DNA of 64,000 nt from a virus (IMGVR_UViG_3300045988_171958:230492-294491), one strand, 5' to 3'; positions 1 to 9,261 are shown, counted from the first letter of the stretch. Translations and numbers: made by a program. Notes: a model not told the origin generated them from the sequence alone.

Positions 1-3000
1 CGTTGAATAATGGGATAAGTACATGACCAACTGGATCACATTCTTCTACTTTGGTCTGAACATTATAGGATATCTTATATTCAGAAGACAACATATTTCT
101 TTCCCACTCATCCGTCTTCTCTAATCTATATAGATAGATATCTCTGTATTCAGAACTGTCATCCTTTTCTATTTTCATTACTTTATCATAGATGGTATCA
201 TCAAGTCTAGTAACATTTATGCTAAATACTATTTCATAAGAATTCACATCAAAGTCATCTTCATCACTATGGCGGAACTTCCATATTCCATTTCCTTTAT
301 ATTCTATTCTGTCATAGAAATAGTTGAATATTCTATAAGGGTTGTCAACTTTTTTACCTGAAATAGTTATCTGCTCTTCCATTCCATGAATGTTCTTCAA
401 CTTGGTATATGCATCTACTATCTGTATCTTATCATCAGAATCATTGGCCATAATTCTTTGCTTTACATACAAATAATCATACCAATTTTCTATTATATCA
501 ACCGGATAGTCATAATTATAGTCTTTACACAATTCATTATACCACCAATAAAGATGTTCTTTATTCAAGAACTTAGCCTTCATTCTTTTTATATAAGACA
601 ATCTTTCTTGAACCTTATCTTCTGATATGCCACTTTTTAACAATACTCTTCTGAAATTGTATACATCACACCATATTACATCAATATCCTTATCCTTATC
701 TTCATCATTCATTGTATCTCCATAAAAGTTCAATTCTGGATCTTTCTTTATGAATATGTTTGTTGCACATACTTCATTATCACCATATACTACTGGCATG
801 AATGTATATTTTGACTTAGAAGAGAGATGTTTTGTAAGATAATAACTAGTGTCTTTATATATGTTTTTCAATGCCATTCTGAAATTGTAAGCAGGTTTTC
901 CTACAACATTGAAATATGTTAAATCATAATTGTCTGCTTTTGAATTGCTTTTCAATCCAGTAAGATAGTAATAAGCTATCTGGTCGGTATCAGTAGCATC
1001 CAGCATCTTAATCCATTTTTCATTGAAGAATTCACCTTCTCTATATAAGTTGAATCCATATTGTGTATTTATTAGGGATGATGGTTGCAACAATATGTAT
1101 GAGTAACTGAAACCTTCTCTTCTATGAGATTCTATGTTTTCTTCAGGAATATAATAAGTGAACCCTACTTGATTTCTTATTTTCTTATCATTCTTAGAGG
1201 ATATGCAAATCTGCTTTACCATTGGATCTTGCCATATATCAAAATCAGTATACTGATACCAGTAGTAACTGTAAGGATTTTCCTTTTCTATAGAATATGT
1301 AGAAGTACTTCCAGTAATGTAATTCTCTAATGTATATGATAAGAATTTCTTGTTTGGATCAGTTATCAGATCATAAGTTGATATATCATATCCAGGAGCA
1401 AAAACATAAGATTGGTAATTCTTTCCATTTACAAAATCATCATTGTATGGATCTATAGGTGAACTTCCATTATGAACTTTGATACCATATTTGTAAGAAA
1501 CATAGCTAAGTGGACCACCAATCTTAATGTATGACAAATAAGATGAAGTGTCATCCACCATCATCTTCAATATGTGGATTGGGAGCATTTCATAGGAACT
1601 TGCTTTATAAGTGTTGATAATATCATCTATAGAATCAGAAGTAGTCAACTTATATATATTTTCACTTTTAAATAAATTGAATGCATCATTGAAAGTAGTA
1701 TTTGCAATTTCATGATTATATGAGAAATGAGCATAAGACAATTCATAAGATAATACATTTTCTAATTCTCTTATTGTATCATCATAATTATACCAGCTAT
1801 TTATGTCATCCATTGTAAACCCATAATCATTAATGTTCACATACCATTTTGAATATGAATATGAATTGTTAGGATCTATCTTTATGAATGTATCATTTAA
1901 CGACATTACTGCATTCTTTTCACTATCTGATGGATTTGTTGAAGTAAATGCTTCACAAGAAGCTTTAGCAATAGCATCACTATATAGCATTGAAGGCATG
2001 ATTACAGTATTGAACTTACAATTAGTTTCAAACTGGCTAGCCATGCTTGTAGATACAGTATAGTTAGCATGCTTCATGACATCATTAGCTACTGAAGTCT
2101 TTACAGAGAATCTTGGATTTACAAATACCCCAAACTTATCTATTTTTTCATTATCTTTAGTAAGTGCTTTATATATATGAGCAAGATTATGTAGAATGCC
2201 ATTATAATAGCATTCATCATTCATTACATTTTCCCAATGAGCACTATCTATCCAAGAACTATCATTTTCTGATATCTTACATAAGCTAAACCAATTATAA
2301 CCATACTTATTCATTATGTTTTCATAATTAGTTGTTATGTTTGAATATCTGTCATTATATTTGTCAATATCTTTTCCTAAAGGAAATATGAGTGAATAAT
2401 CTTCTGCTACAGATGATTTGCCAGATGATACTGTTTCACATATTCCTGAAACAGTATATGATGGTGTAGGAAATTCTCTATATAAGAGATTAGAATACTG
2501 GTTGTCGGAAAATGCAAAAGCAAGATTTATGATGTATGGATTTTCATCTGATGATGCTTGTAACTTCCATCTAGAATACATTTTGCTTATCTTATTAGAC
2601 AAAGAATATTTTTGCATTCTTGCTTCATGTAAGCTAGGATATTTGCTGTCCATTATATTTGGAACATTTCCAGGTATGTAGTTCATCAATCCGGTATTCT
2701 TATCCATTCTAAGGATACTCTGATTTAGTGTATCATAGTCACAACTCCAATCATACCAAGATATTCTGTTTCCATTTGATATGTAATATCCAGATACTTC
2801 AACTTGTGCACCTTTATATAATGTTTTCTCTGATTGGTCAAGTACTTTATCTAAATCAATACTGAAACACAATGGCAATACTTGTTTCATTGCAATATTC
2901 TTTCTTTTGAATTGTAATCCTAAAGAAAGATCAAAAAGATTTATAGTTGACATAGAGGATAGCATGTTACCTATTTCATTAGATATCGCGGTAGCTATGC

Positions 3001-3631
3001 CACCATGGTTCAAATCAATTCCATTGTATGTTGCATTTTTATTGTCAGCTGAAATATTTGCTACTTTAGAATCAATACAAGATTTATAAGAATCAAGATA
3101 ATGGAATAGATAGTTTCTCTTATCTTTTGAGTGATCCATTATATTGACTTTCATTCTCTTATACAGTTTTTTGTCTTTGTTGATGAATATCATATCTATA
3201 ATGAATGCATCAGGTAAGTCATTTGGATCATCTACATATATAGGTGCAAAAAATTCAAATTTATGGTTATTCTTCACATTCAATACTCTACTGCAACCCA
3301 TTTCCAAATCTATGTTTCTATCATAAATTGGATTTAACTTATCAAAATTCTGAACATTGGTTTCATCAAAAGACATTCCATTACTGAAGAAAACATTATT
3401 GTAATATTTATAGTATTCTTTCAGGTCATAAGAGTAGTTTGAAGATAGAAGATTAGCTTCTATTTTCTTATCATATATTGTATGAGACAATGGAGACAGC
3501 ACAGCACCTCTTACAAAGCAATCATATACATCATATTCTTTATCTGTTGATTTGATATAATCTGATGTTGTGCAAACTATTTTGACATTTCCACTATATG
3601 TAGGAATGACTCTTATTAATGGCTTTATCAT
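1..3631 (-). CDS. large virion-type protein, 3' end cut by window edge (at least ~1210 codons)
   Basis: My manual reverse-strand translation is open from ATG 3631-3629 (MIKPLIRVIPTYSGNVKIVCTTSDY...) to base 1. It is absent from the ORF track, presumably because no stop lies inside the window, and no other minus ORF is listed here. No motif recognised. Confidence 0.6.
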   Translation of the reverse strand, partial: MIKPLIRVIPTYSGNVKIVCTTSDYIKSTDKEYDVYDCFVRGAVLSPLSHTIYDKKIEANLLSSNYSYDLKEYYKYYNNVFFSNGMSFDETNVQNFDKLNPIYDRNIDLEMGCSRVLNVKNNHKFEFFAPIYVDDPNDLPDAFIIDMIFINKDKKLYKRMKVNIMDHSKDKRNYLFHYLDSYKSCIDSKVANISADNKNATYNGIDLNHGGIATAISNEIGNMLSSMSTINLFDLSLGLQFKRKNIAMKQVLPLCFSIDLDKVLDQSEKTLYKGAQVEVSGYYISNGNRISWYDWSCDYDTLNQSILRMDKNTGLMNYIPGNVPNIMDSKYPSLHEARMQKYSLSNKISKMYSRWKLQASSDENPYIINLAFAFSDNQYSNLLYREFPTPSYTVSGICETVSSGKSSVAEDYSLIFPLGKDIDKYNDRYSNITTNYENIMNKYGYNWFSLCKISENDSSWIDSAHWENVMNDECYYNGILHNLAHIYKALTKDNEKIDKFGVFVNPRFSVKTSVANDVMKHANYTVSTSMASQFETNCKFNTVIMPSMLYSDAIAKASCEAFTSTNPSDSEKNAVMSLNDTFIKIDPNNSYSYSKWYVNINDYGFTMDDINSWYNYDDTIRELENVLSYELSYAHFSYNHEIANTTFNDAFNLFKSENIYKLTTSDSIDDIINTYKASSYEMLPIHILKMMVDDTSSYLSYIKIGGPLSYVSYKYGIKVHNGSSPIDPYNDDFVNGKNYQSYVFAPGYDISTYDLITDPNKKFLSYTLENYITGSTSTYSIEKENPYSYYWYQYTDFDIWQDPMVKQICISSKNDKKIRNQVGFTYYIPEENIESHRREGFSYSYILLQPSSLINTQYGFNLYREGEFFNEKWIKMLDATDTDQIAYYYLTGLKSNSKADNYDLTYFNVVGKPAYNFRMALKNIYKDTSYYLTKHLSSKSKYTFMPVVYGDNEVCATNIFIKKDPELNFYGDTMNDEDKDKDIDVIWCDVYNFRRVLLKSGISEDKVQERLSYIKRMKAKFLNKEHLYWWYNELCKDYNYDYPVDIIENWYDYLYVKQRIMANDSDDKIQIVDAYTKLKNIHGMEEQITISGKKVDNPYRIFNYFYDRIEYKGNGIWKFRHSDEDDFDVNSYEIVFSINVTRLDDTIYDKVMKIEKDDSSEYRDIYLYRLEKTDEWERNMLSSEYKISYNVQTKVEECDPVGHVLIPLFN

Positions 3632-4007
3632 TAAAGTAGGACAATATTTGTTTTTCTGATATTTAAAAATTGACAATACTGTTTATTAATATTATTTAAC
3701 ATTTAAAATATGTCTGGTATCTATTTTTGTCTTTATTTTAATATAAGAAAATTAAAATTGAACTTTAAATGAAGTCACTCAAACTACATAGCGTCTCATC
3801 AGTGAAACAATCTTTTGGTTGCTTCTTATCTTGGTGCGGCAGTATGCCTTGTGGGTTTAGACATTCATAGTAAAGTTCGTGATAGAGGAATTGTATCTGA
3901 TCACGAATTAGTGAACGGAACAATTCTTATTTTATTAGATGAATATTGATTGAGAAGAAGTTCCGTATACAATTAGGAATTTTTTCTCATTTTTTGTATA
4001 TAAAAGT

Positions 4008-4036
4008 TTGAAATATTCCTTATAGATTCTATATTA
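4008..4036 (+). promoter_or_regulatory. sigma70-like promoter TTGAAA-N16-TATATT upstream of the tRNA array
   Basis: TTGAAAT at 4008-4014 and TTCTATATTA at 4027-4036. The same two-box pattern recurs upstream of at least 7 other plus-strand units. Confidence 0.5.
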
Positions 4037-4185
4037 TATATGTAATTACTTAATAAACAATTACAATACATGAAATAAGATCCAGAACTTAATACTTCTG
4101 AGTTGGTAGGTGACCAATAGCTTAAGGATATAAAGCAATTCATGCTAACAGGATTTTCTAGAGATCCGTAATTTGTTTATTAATT

Positions 4186-4258
4186 GGGTAAATAGCTCCA
4201 ATGGTAGAGCACTAGATTGAAGATCTAGGTGTTGTTGGTTCGAATCCATCTTTACCCA
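4186..4258 (+). tRNA. tRNA-Phe(GAA)
   Basis: Acceptor GGGTAAA/TTTACCC. Anticodon arm CTAGA-TTGAAGA-TCTAG. T-loop GGTTCGAATCC. Confidence 0.85.
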
Positions 4259-4270
4259 CAAAAATTATTT

Positions 4271-4344
4271 GGTTCTATAGCTCAGATGAATAGAGCAGGA
4301 TTCTTCTAAAATCCGGGTCATGGGTTTGAATCCCATTGGAACCA
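4271..4344 (+). tRNA. tRNA-Arg(TCT)
   Basis: Acceptor GGTTCTA/TGGAACC. D arm TAGCTCAGATGAATAGAGC. Anticodon arm GGATT-CTTCTAA-AATCC. Confidence 0.85.
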
Positions 4345-4374
4345 CTAATTAAGTTCTTTGAAATATTTATTTAA

Positions 4375-4460
4375 GTTCCATTAGCTCAGTTGGTTCCGTA
4401 AGGCTAGAGAGCATCCGACTTTTAATCGGAGGGTCACGGGTTCGAGCCCCGTATGGAACA
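4375..4460 (+). tRNA. tRNA-Lys(TTT) with enlarged D-loop; CCA encoded
   Basis: Acceptor GTTCCAT/ATGGAAC. Anticodon arm TCCGA-CTTTTAA-TCGGA. T arm ACGGG-TTCGAGC-CCCGT. D stem GCTC/GAGC encloses a 21-nt loop AGTTGGTTCCGTAAGGCTAGA. Followed by CCA. Confidence 0.65.
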
Positions 4461-4785
4461 CCATGGTAGTCAAGAGATCTCTGCTGAGAATGAATAAAGA
4501 ATGAGAAGCTCATCATCATTAACATCTGGATAATCAACAGATTTATGTGAATACCTCTGTTGGTCGTATGTAAGAGGTTTAATTTGGACAAGACCAAGAA
4601 TTACATAGACAACTTTGCATGGGCACCGGAAAAAGATCGAGAGATAATTAATGATGAATAACAAAGTTATTTAAACAAACCGTCCTAATTTGTTTGGTAA
4701 CAGGTTGTTATTGTTGAATCATATCATTGAAGTAGCTAATCAATTGAAGAAGGGAACAGCAATTGAAATACCAAATCCCTTGTAT

Positions 4786-4870
4786 GGAAGTATGGGTGAG
4801 TGGTTTAAACCAGCACACTGCTAACGTGCCGAACCTAAAGGTTCCGAAGGTTCGAATCCTTCTGCTTCCG
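4786..4870 (+). tRNA. tRNA-Ser(GCT), type II
   Basis: Acceptor GGAAGTA/TGCTTCC. Anticodon loop CTGCTAA. Long variable arm CGAACCTAAAGGTTCCG. T-loop GGTTCGAATCC. Confidence 0.75.
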
Positions 4871-4886
4871 CGAGAAATTTATGATT

Positions 4887-4974
4887 GGAAGTTTGGTAGA
4901 GTTGGTTTAATACATCAGTCTTGAAAACTGACGAACTGTAAAAAGTTCCGCAGGTTCGAATCCTGCAGCTTCCG
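4887..4974 (+). tRNA. tRNA-Ser(TGA), type II
   Basis: Acceptor GGAAGTT/AGCTTCC. Anticodon arm TCAGT-CTTGAAA-ACTGA. Long variable arm. T arm GCAGG-TTCGAAT-CCTGC. Confidence 0.8.
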
Positions 4975-4989
4975 CAAATGTATATATAA

Positions 4990-5060
4990 CTGCCATTGTC
5001 CGAGTGGTTAGGTGTAGGTCCGCAAAATCTACAACATTGGTTCGAATCCAATATGGCAGT
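4990..5060 (+). tRNA. tRNA-Cys(GCA)
   Basis: Acceptor CTGCCAT/ATGGCAG. Anticodon arm TAGGT-CCGCAAA-ATCTA. T arm ATTGG-TTCGAAT-CCAAT. Weak D stem. Confidence 0.7.
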
Positions 5061-5272
5061 CATTACATACAAGAACCAATAATGACATTGAAGTTCATTG
5101 AAAGAGATTGATACGTCGAGTGGACACCATATTCGCGATATAATGTTGCTCTCCTCAAATAGAAATATTAAGTGGATATATGCTGCAGTAAATATACCCA
5201 GTATAAGTTTTCTATGTTGTCTATAGATATCGATGGCTAAAAGGTCTATAGAAACTCTCGTTCTTGTATTTT

Positions 5273-5347
5273 GGTTCAATAGCTCAGTTGGTTTAGAGCG
5301 TCTGTTTTACAAGCAGAAGGTCCAAAGTTCGAATCTTTGTTGAACCA
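5273..5347 (+). tRNA. tRNA-Val(TAC)
   Basis: Acceptor GGTTCAA/TTGAACC. Anticodon arm TCTGT-TTTACAA-GCAGA. T-loop AGTTCGAATCT. Confidence 0.85.
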
Positions 5348-5420
5348 CATAATAAACCGGAGAACTAGCAGTGCCGTGAGAATAAGATCCGATTGCAAAG
5401 TCAACCCGGTTATAGTATAT

Positions 5421-5493
5421 GCAGATGTAGCTCAATGGTTAGAGTGCTTCCTTGCCATGGAAGAAGTTGTGAGTTCGATCCTCATCATCTGCT
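5421..5493 (+). tRNA. tRNA-Gly(GCC)
   Basis: Acceptor GCAGATG/CATCTGC with discriminator T. Anticodon arm CTTCC-TTGCCAT-GGAAG. Confidence 0.85.
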
Positions 5494-5503
5494 CAATATA
5501 TAT

Positions 5504-5581
5504 GCATCAGTGGTGTAGTTGGTGGTGCACATCTGGCTTCCAACCAGAAGGCTTTCGCGAGTTCGAATCTCGTCTGATGCT
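5504..5581 (+). tRNA. tRNA-Gly(TCC), slightly long variable region
   Basis: Acceptor GCATCAG/CTGATGC. Anticodon arm TCTGG-CTTCCAA-CCAGA. T arm GCGAG-TTCGAAT-CTCGT. About 8 nt between the anticodon and T arms. Confidence 0.75.
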
Positions 5582-5588
5582 CTAATAT

Positions 5589-5676
5589 CTAGGTGTACTC
5601 TAATTGGTCAGAGCCTTGATTTGGGATCAAGTGGATACTGATAAAGTGGATGCAGGTTCGAGTCCTGTCACCTAGA
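5589..5676 (+). tRNA. tRNA-Pro(TGG) with ~20-nt variable-region insertion
   Basis: Acceptor CTAGGTG/CACCTAG. D arm CTCT-AATTGGTC-AGAG. Anticodon arm CTTGA-TTTGGGA-TCAAG. T arm GCAGG-TTCGAGT-CCTGT. TGGATACTGATAAAGTGGAT lies between the anticodon and T arms. Confidence 0.6.
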
Positions 5677-5682
5677 CTATAT

Positions 5683-5756
5683 ACACCGATCAGTCAATTG
5701 GTTTAGGCTAGCAGTCTCCAAAATTGCTAATATTGGTTCGATTCCAGTTCGGTGTG
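5683..5756 (+). tRNA. tRNA-Trp(CCA); CCA encoded
   Basis: Acceptor ACACCGA/TCGGTGT. Anticodon arm GCAGT-CTCCAAA-ATTGC. T-loop GGTTCGATTCC. Followed by CCA. Confidence 0.8.
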
Positions 5757-5786
5757 CCAGTGTTTAATTTTAAATGTTGTTAATAT

Positions 5787-6191
5787 ATGAGTAACATGAG
5801 AAATAGAGCTTGGAGAAGAAAGAAGACTGAATCAAAATGGAATTCTCGTTGTAAGAAGTTCATGTTTGATAGTATTTTTAGAGATGGTGATAAAGAATAT
5901 TCATTCAACATAAGTGAAGGTAATGGCAAGAAAATCAGACGTACAATAATGATTCCTAATTTGAGAAGACCAACTTCATGGAAAGAAATGAAGAAACTTG
6001 ATCCGTGGGCTAGGTTTTTGAAGAATGGTTCTGGATATCGTACTTATATATCAGACCAGATGGATGCTAAGCGAAAAGTTAAGTTGCAACGTATCAACAA
6101 CAAGAAACTTATCAATGAAGGAATTCAGGAATATGATGACATATATGATGAAACTTTAGAAGATAATTTCTATCTTAATAATGTAGCATAA
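5787..6191 (+). CDS. hypothetical basic protein embedded in the tRNA array
   Basis: 134-aa ORF with Arg/Lys-rich N-terminus (RNRAWRRKKTESKWNSRCKKF). No motif recognised. Confidence 0.5.
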   Translation: MSNMRNRAWRRKKTESKWNSRCKKFMFDSIFRDGDKEYSFNISEGNGKKIRRTIMIPNLRRPTSWKEMKKLDPWARFLKNGSGYRTYISDQMDAKRKVKLQRINNKKLINEGIQEYDDIYDETLEDNFYLNNVA

Positions 6192-6202
6192 ATTATGTAC
6201 AT

Positions 6203-6274
6203 GGGTTCTTTCGTTCAATGGTAGGACAGGAGGTTGTGGTTCTCCTTATTAGAGTTCGATTCTCTAAGGAACCC
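6203..6274 (+). tRNA. tRNA-His(GTG) with G-1
   Basis: An extra 5' G faces discriminator C. Acceptor GGTTCTT/AGGAACC. Anticodon loop TTGTGGT. T arm TAGAG-TTCGATT-CTCTA. Confidence 0.8.
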
Positions 6275-6658
6275 CAAACGTGATCAGAATATACTGGTGA
6301 TTGGACAAAAACAATGTAGCTGAGAAGAGTAATGCAATAATACGCGTAAATAATTGCATGAAACATATAATAAGCGCGGATGAAAAAAGCCTTACCTATG
6401 GCCGCCTCCCTACATTTGTATTTTGAATGTCAATGAAACAATAAGTATAAGGTTTGGTAACGCTTATTAAATTAATTGGTTCATTCAAGTTCACTATGCA
6501 GTCTGGGCTTTATAGAGCCTTGTAGTTTAAAGCATCGTAAAACATTCTGGTTATAAGAGAATATATCACCCAAGCGAATTGTCATGAGATTCGTACACCT
6601 GCTTAAGATGGTTGAATTATGTGGGAAGTAATTCTATAAAATAGGGCATGCCCACAAT

Positions 6659-6732
6659 GGCGTAATAGCTCAGTTGATTAGAGCGCATCATTCATGCTGA
6701 TGAGGTCGTTGGTTTGAGTCCATCTTACGCCA
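6659..6732 (+). tRNA. tRNA-Met(CAT), elongator-like
   Basis: Acceptor GGCGTAA/TTACGCC. Anticodon arm CATCA-TTCATGC-TGATG. T-loop GGTTTGAGTCC. Confidence 0.8.
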
Positions 6733-6812
6733 CAGCTTAAACGGACCGAACTTAGTCTTTTATGCATCTTTTCTCTAGGGTAAGGTGTTAAACACCAAAA
6801 GAAAAGGCACCA

Positions 6813-6895
6813 GGGAATATGCTGTAATTGGTAGCCAGGCCAGACTTAGGATCTGGTGCTTCAATAGCGTGTGGGTTCGAGTCCCACTATTCCCA
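6813..6895 (+). tRNA. tRNA-Leu(TAG), type II
   Basis: Acceptor GGGAATA/TATTCCC. Anticodon arm CCAGA-CTTAGGA-TCTGG. Long variable arm. T arm GTGGG-TTCGAGT-CCCAC. Confidence 0.85.
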
Positions 6896-7158
6896 CAATC
6901 GTTGAAGTAATGTAGTTTATGAAAGTCTAACATTAGTAATGGAAACCTAATGGCCCTCTATGTTATCCTAAAGAGAATAAAGTACGATTAGTAAATGAGT
7001 TATGGATCTGTTTAAACAGATCGCTTCAGAACTTCTAAAGAAGTCAGTAAGTTAGATGAAACCACCATAATATAATATCTGGATAACTATATGTATGGAT
7101 AGGAATGAAGTTTTAGGTGCAGACACCGGTAGCGTCACCTTTTGTAATTCCTAGTATT

Positions 7159-7244
7159 GCTCCGATGTTGGAATTGGTAGACAAGATGGACTTAAAATCC
7201 ATTGGTCAGTGATGACCGTACGGGTTCGATCCCCGTTCGGAGTA
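7159..7244 (+). tRNA. tRNA-Leu(TAA), type II
   Basis: Acceptor GCTCCGA/TCGGAGT. Anticodon arm ATGGA-CTTAAAA-TCCAT. Variable arm TGGTCAGTGATGACCG. T-loop GGTTCGATCC. Confidence 0.8.
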
Positions 7245-7422
7245 CAAATTGATAGCAATCCTGAATAGAGAAGGAAGAAAGACGAGTTATGAAGGTAAGT
7301 ATGCTTAAAGCTGCACGTATAATGCAGTGCATACCAAGGATAAATAACTAAAACACACCATATAAACTCTACACGAAGGTCTGATGCAGGAAGTGCGCAC
7401 TTGCTATCAATTTATTTTTATT

Positions 7423-7506
7423 GCTTTCATGGCGGAATTGGTAGACGCAACTGTCTCAAAAACAGCTGATAGAAATATCATGAAGGTTCGAGTCCTTCTG
7501 GAAGTA
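7423..7506 (+). tRNA. tRNA-Leu(CAA), type II
   Basis: Acceptor GCTTTCA/TGGAAGT. Anticodon loop CTCAAAA. Variable arm TGATAGAAATATCATG. T-loop GGTTCGAGTCC. Confidence 0.75.
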
Positions 7507-7540
7507 CTTATTATTCAATTAAACAATTATTTTATTTTAC

Positions 7541-8542
7541 ATGAGATTACCTTTGGTGCCACTTTCAGAATGGGTATTGAATAGACAGAATGAATTTGAA
7601 TTAAAATTATTTGAATCATTCAGACAAGAATTCAATATAAGAGACAATGAAGAATTTAATATTTGTGAAAGATATGGGTCTTATGATGGACAAATGAAAT
7701 TCTGTAGAGACTTTGCAACAATGTTGTCAGAAGACATACAAGACAATCTTAATATGACTGATTTTAGATATGACTTAAATAAAGAAGAAATTAAAGATTA
7801 TTATAAAGGATTGTTTTTTGACAATATTCACTTGATATGTAATACAATGTGTCAGACAGGATATCAAGCAAGAAAATCTGAATATAATCCAAAAACCCTT
7901 ACATTTAAAGATGTATATATCTATATAAACATCAAGGAATACAATAAAGAAAAGGACATTACTGTTGCACTTACTCATGAGCTTACACATGCTTATGATG
8001 ATTGGAACAGACACTCAAAAGAAGGAGTTGAAACATTACTTGATATTGAGAAAAACACAGGATATGATAAATTAATTGATAAGATAAAGTCAAGTGATTT
8101 CAATGAAAAGATTGCATCTGAAATGATTTATACATTCACTTCAGTAGAAAAGAATGCTTACATGTCAGAATTGACCGCTGAAATAGAAAGTATAGGGGAA
8201 AAAATCAAAGATTATACATATATGGATGCGTTAAAAATATTTAAGAATTCAGATACATGGAAAAGATTCAATCAATTCAAAGAATATTTTATGTTGATGA
8301 ATAATGAAGAAAAGAAAGTATTGTGTGATGTATACAGAGAAATAAAGAAATCAAGCAATACAGACAATAAGATATTAAAACAATTGAAATATGATATACA
8401 AGAAACATTTGATAAGATGTGTACTATCATACCAAAGATTTACTATTATTACAAAGAAAAGTATTCAAATAAAGAAATAAAGAAAGAAAAAGTAAGTGAA
8501 TCAAGATTAAATAGAATAAAGAAAAGATTTAACATAATTTAA
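7541..8542 (+). CDS. putative zinc metallopeptidase (HExxH)
   Basis: 333-aa ORF containing VALTHELTHAYDDW (HExxH). Otherwise Lys/Glu-rich and helical-looking. Lies inside the tRNA array. Confidence 0.45.
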   Translation: MRLPLVPLSEWVLNRQNEFELKLFESFRQEFNIRDNEEFNICERYGSYDGQMKFCRDFATMLSEDIQDNLNMTDFRYDLNKEEIKDYYKGLFFDNIHLICNTMCQTGYQARKSEYNPKTLTFKDVYIYINIKEYNKEKDITVALTHELTHAYDDWNRHSKEGVETLLDIEKNTGYDKLIDKIKSSDFNEKIASEMIYTFTSVEKNAYMSELTAEIESIGEKIKDYTYMDALKIFKNSDTWKRFNQFKEYFMLMNNEEKKVLCDVYREIKKSSNTDNKILKQLKYDIQETFDKMCTIIPKIYYYYKEKYSNKEIKKEKVSESRLNRIKKRFNII

Positions 8543-8868
8543 CTAAATAATATTGTCCACTTTACTATTTATATATTATATTTAAATGAATAAATGAATA
8601 AAACAATGAGAACTATCACAAATACATATTATCAAATAATTGATGAACAGGCCATTGATAATCAACGAATGGTTTGCTCTTGTTTTGGTATATGTGAAAG
8701 TGATGAGATTGACTTTTAAATACGTCCTCCACTGTTTAAACATTCAACAATACAATCAAGACAAGAGCAATACAGAAATGTGTTGCTCTTTGTTGATTTA
8801 GCTTCAGCTGTACTGAAGCATGAAGTACTAAAAAAGTTGATAAAAAATGAAAATTTTTTGAAAGATCT

Positions 8869-8898
8869 TTGAAATACTGATAAATCAAATCTATATTA
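8869..8898 (+). promoter_or_regulatory. sigma70-like promoter TTGAAA-N17-TATATT
   Basis: CTTTGAAAT followed 17 nt later by CTATATTA, upstream of ORF 8944. Confidence 0.45.
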
Positions 8899-8943
8899 TA
8901 TATGTAAGTTATATAAAATATCACATTTAAAATTATAATTATT

Positions 8944-9165
8944 ATGACAAGATTAGAATCAAACATTAAGATATTGAATATTATAAAGCAACTTGCCTAT
9001 ATGTTTCCAGATATGAGATTCATTCAGTTGCTTACAACTGTTGATGCAATTCTTGGTACTGATCAGTTCTATGAGGAATCGGAAGTTACATTGAATAGAA
9101 TCAAAGAGAAAATTGAATATCAACAAAGAAGATATGGTAAGTTGACTGATATTGATATTAATTAG
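8944..9165 (+). CDS. hypothetical small protein
   Basis: 73-aa ORF preceded by a promoter-like motif. No motif recognised. Confidence 0.45.
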   Translation: MTRLESNIKILNIIKQLAYMFPDMRFIQLLTTVDAILGTDQFYEESEVTLNRIKEKIEYQQRRYGKLTDIDIN

Positions 9166-9176
9166 ATAATATAAAT

Positions 9177-9250
9177 GGCGCGTTCGACAAGTGGCCTAAG
9201 TCGCCAGTTTTTCACGCTGGTATTCACCGGTTCGAATCCGGTACGCGCTA
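9177..9250 (+). tRNA. tRNA-Glu(TTC)
   Basis: Acceptor GGCGCGT/ACGCGCT. Anticodon arm CCAGT-TTTTCAC-GCTGG. T arm ACCGG-TTCGAAT-CCGGT. Confidence 0.8.
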
Positions 9251-9261
9251 CGATAAATATT

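Noticed and set aside
4367-5585. Track ORFs 4367-4597(-), 4470-4664(-), 4821-5279(-) and 5337-5585(+), and similarly 7384-7584(+) and 9162-9353(-).
   Set aside because: They run through or antisense to well-formed tRNA genes and their translations are tRNA-shaped (for example ...GFEPSEPLGSAR). They are artefacts of the ORF finder.
6275-7158. A tmRNA or a group I intron hidden in the long tRNA-array spacers.
   Set aside because: There is no tRNA-like 3' T-arm and acceptor pairing and no tag-peptide frame for a tmRNA. I could not identify P3-P8-type conserved pairings by eye. The region is kept only as an unexplained spacer.
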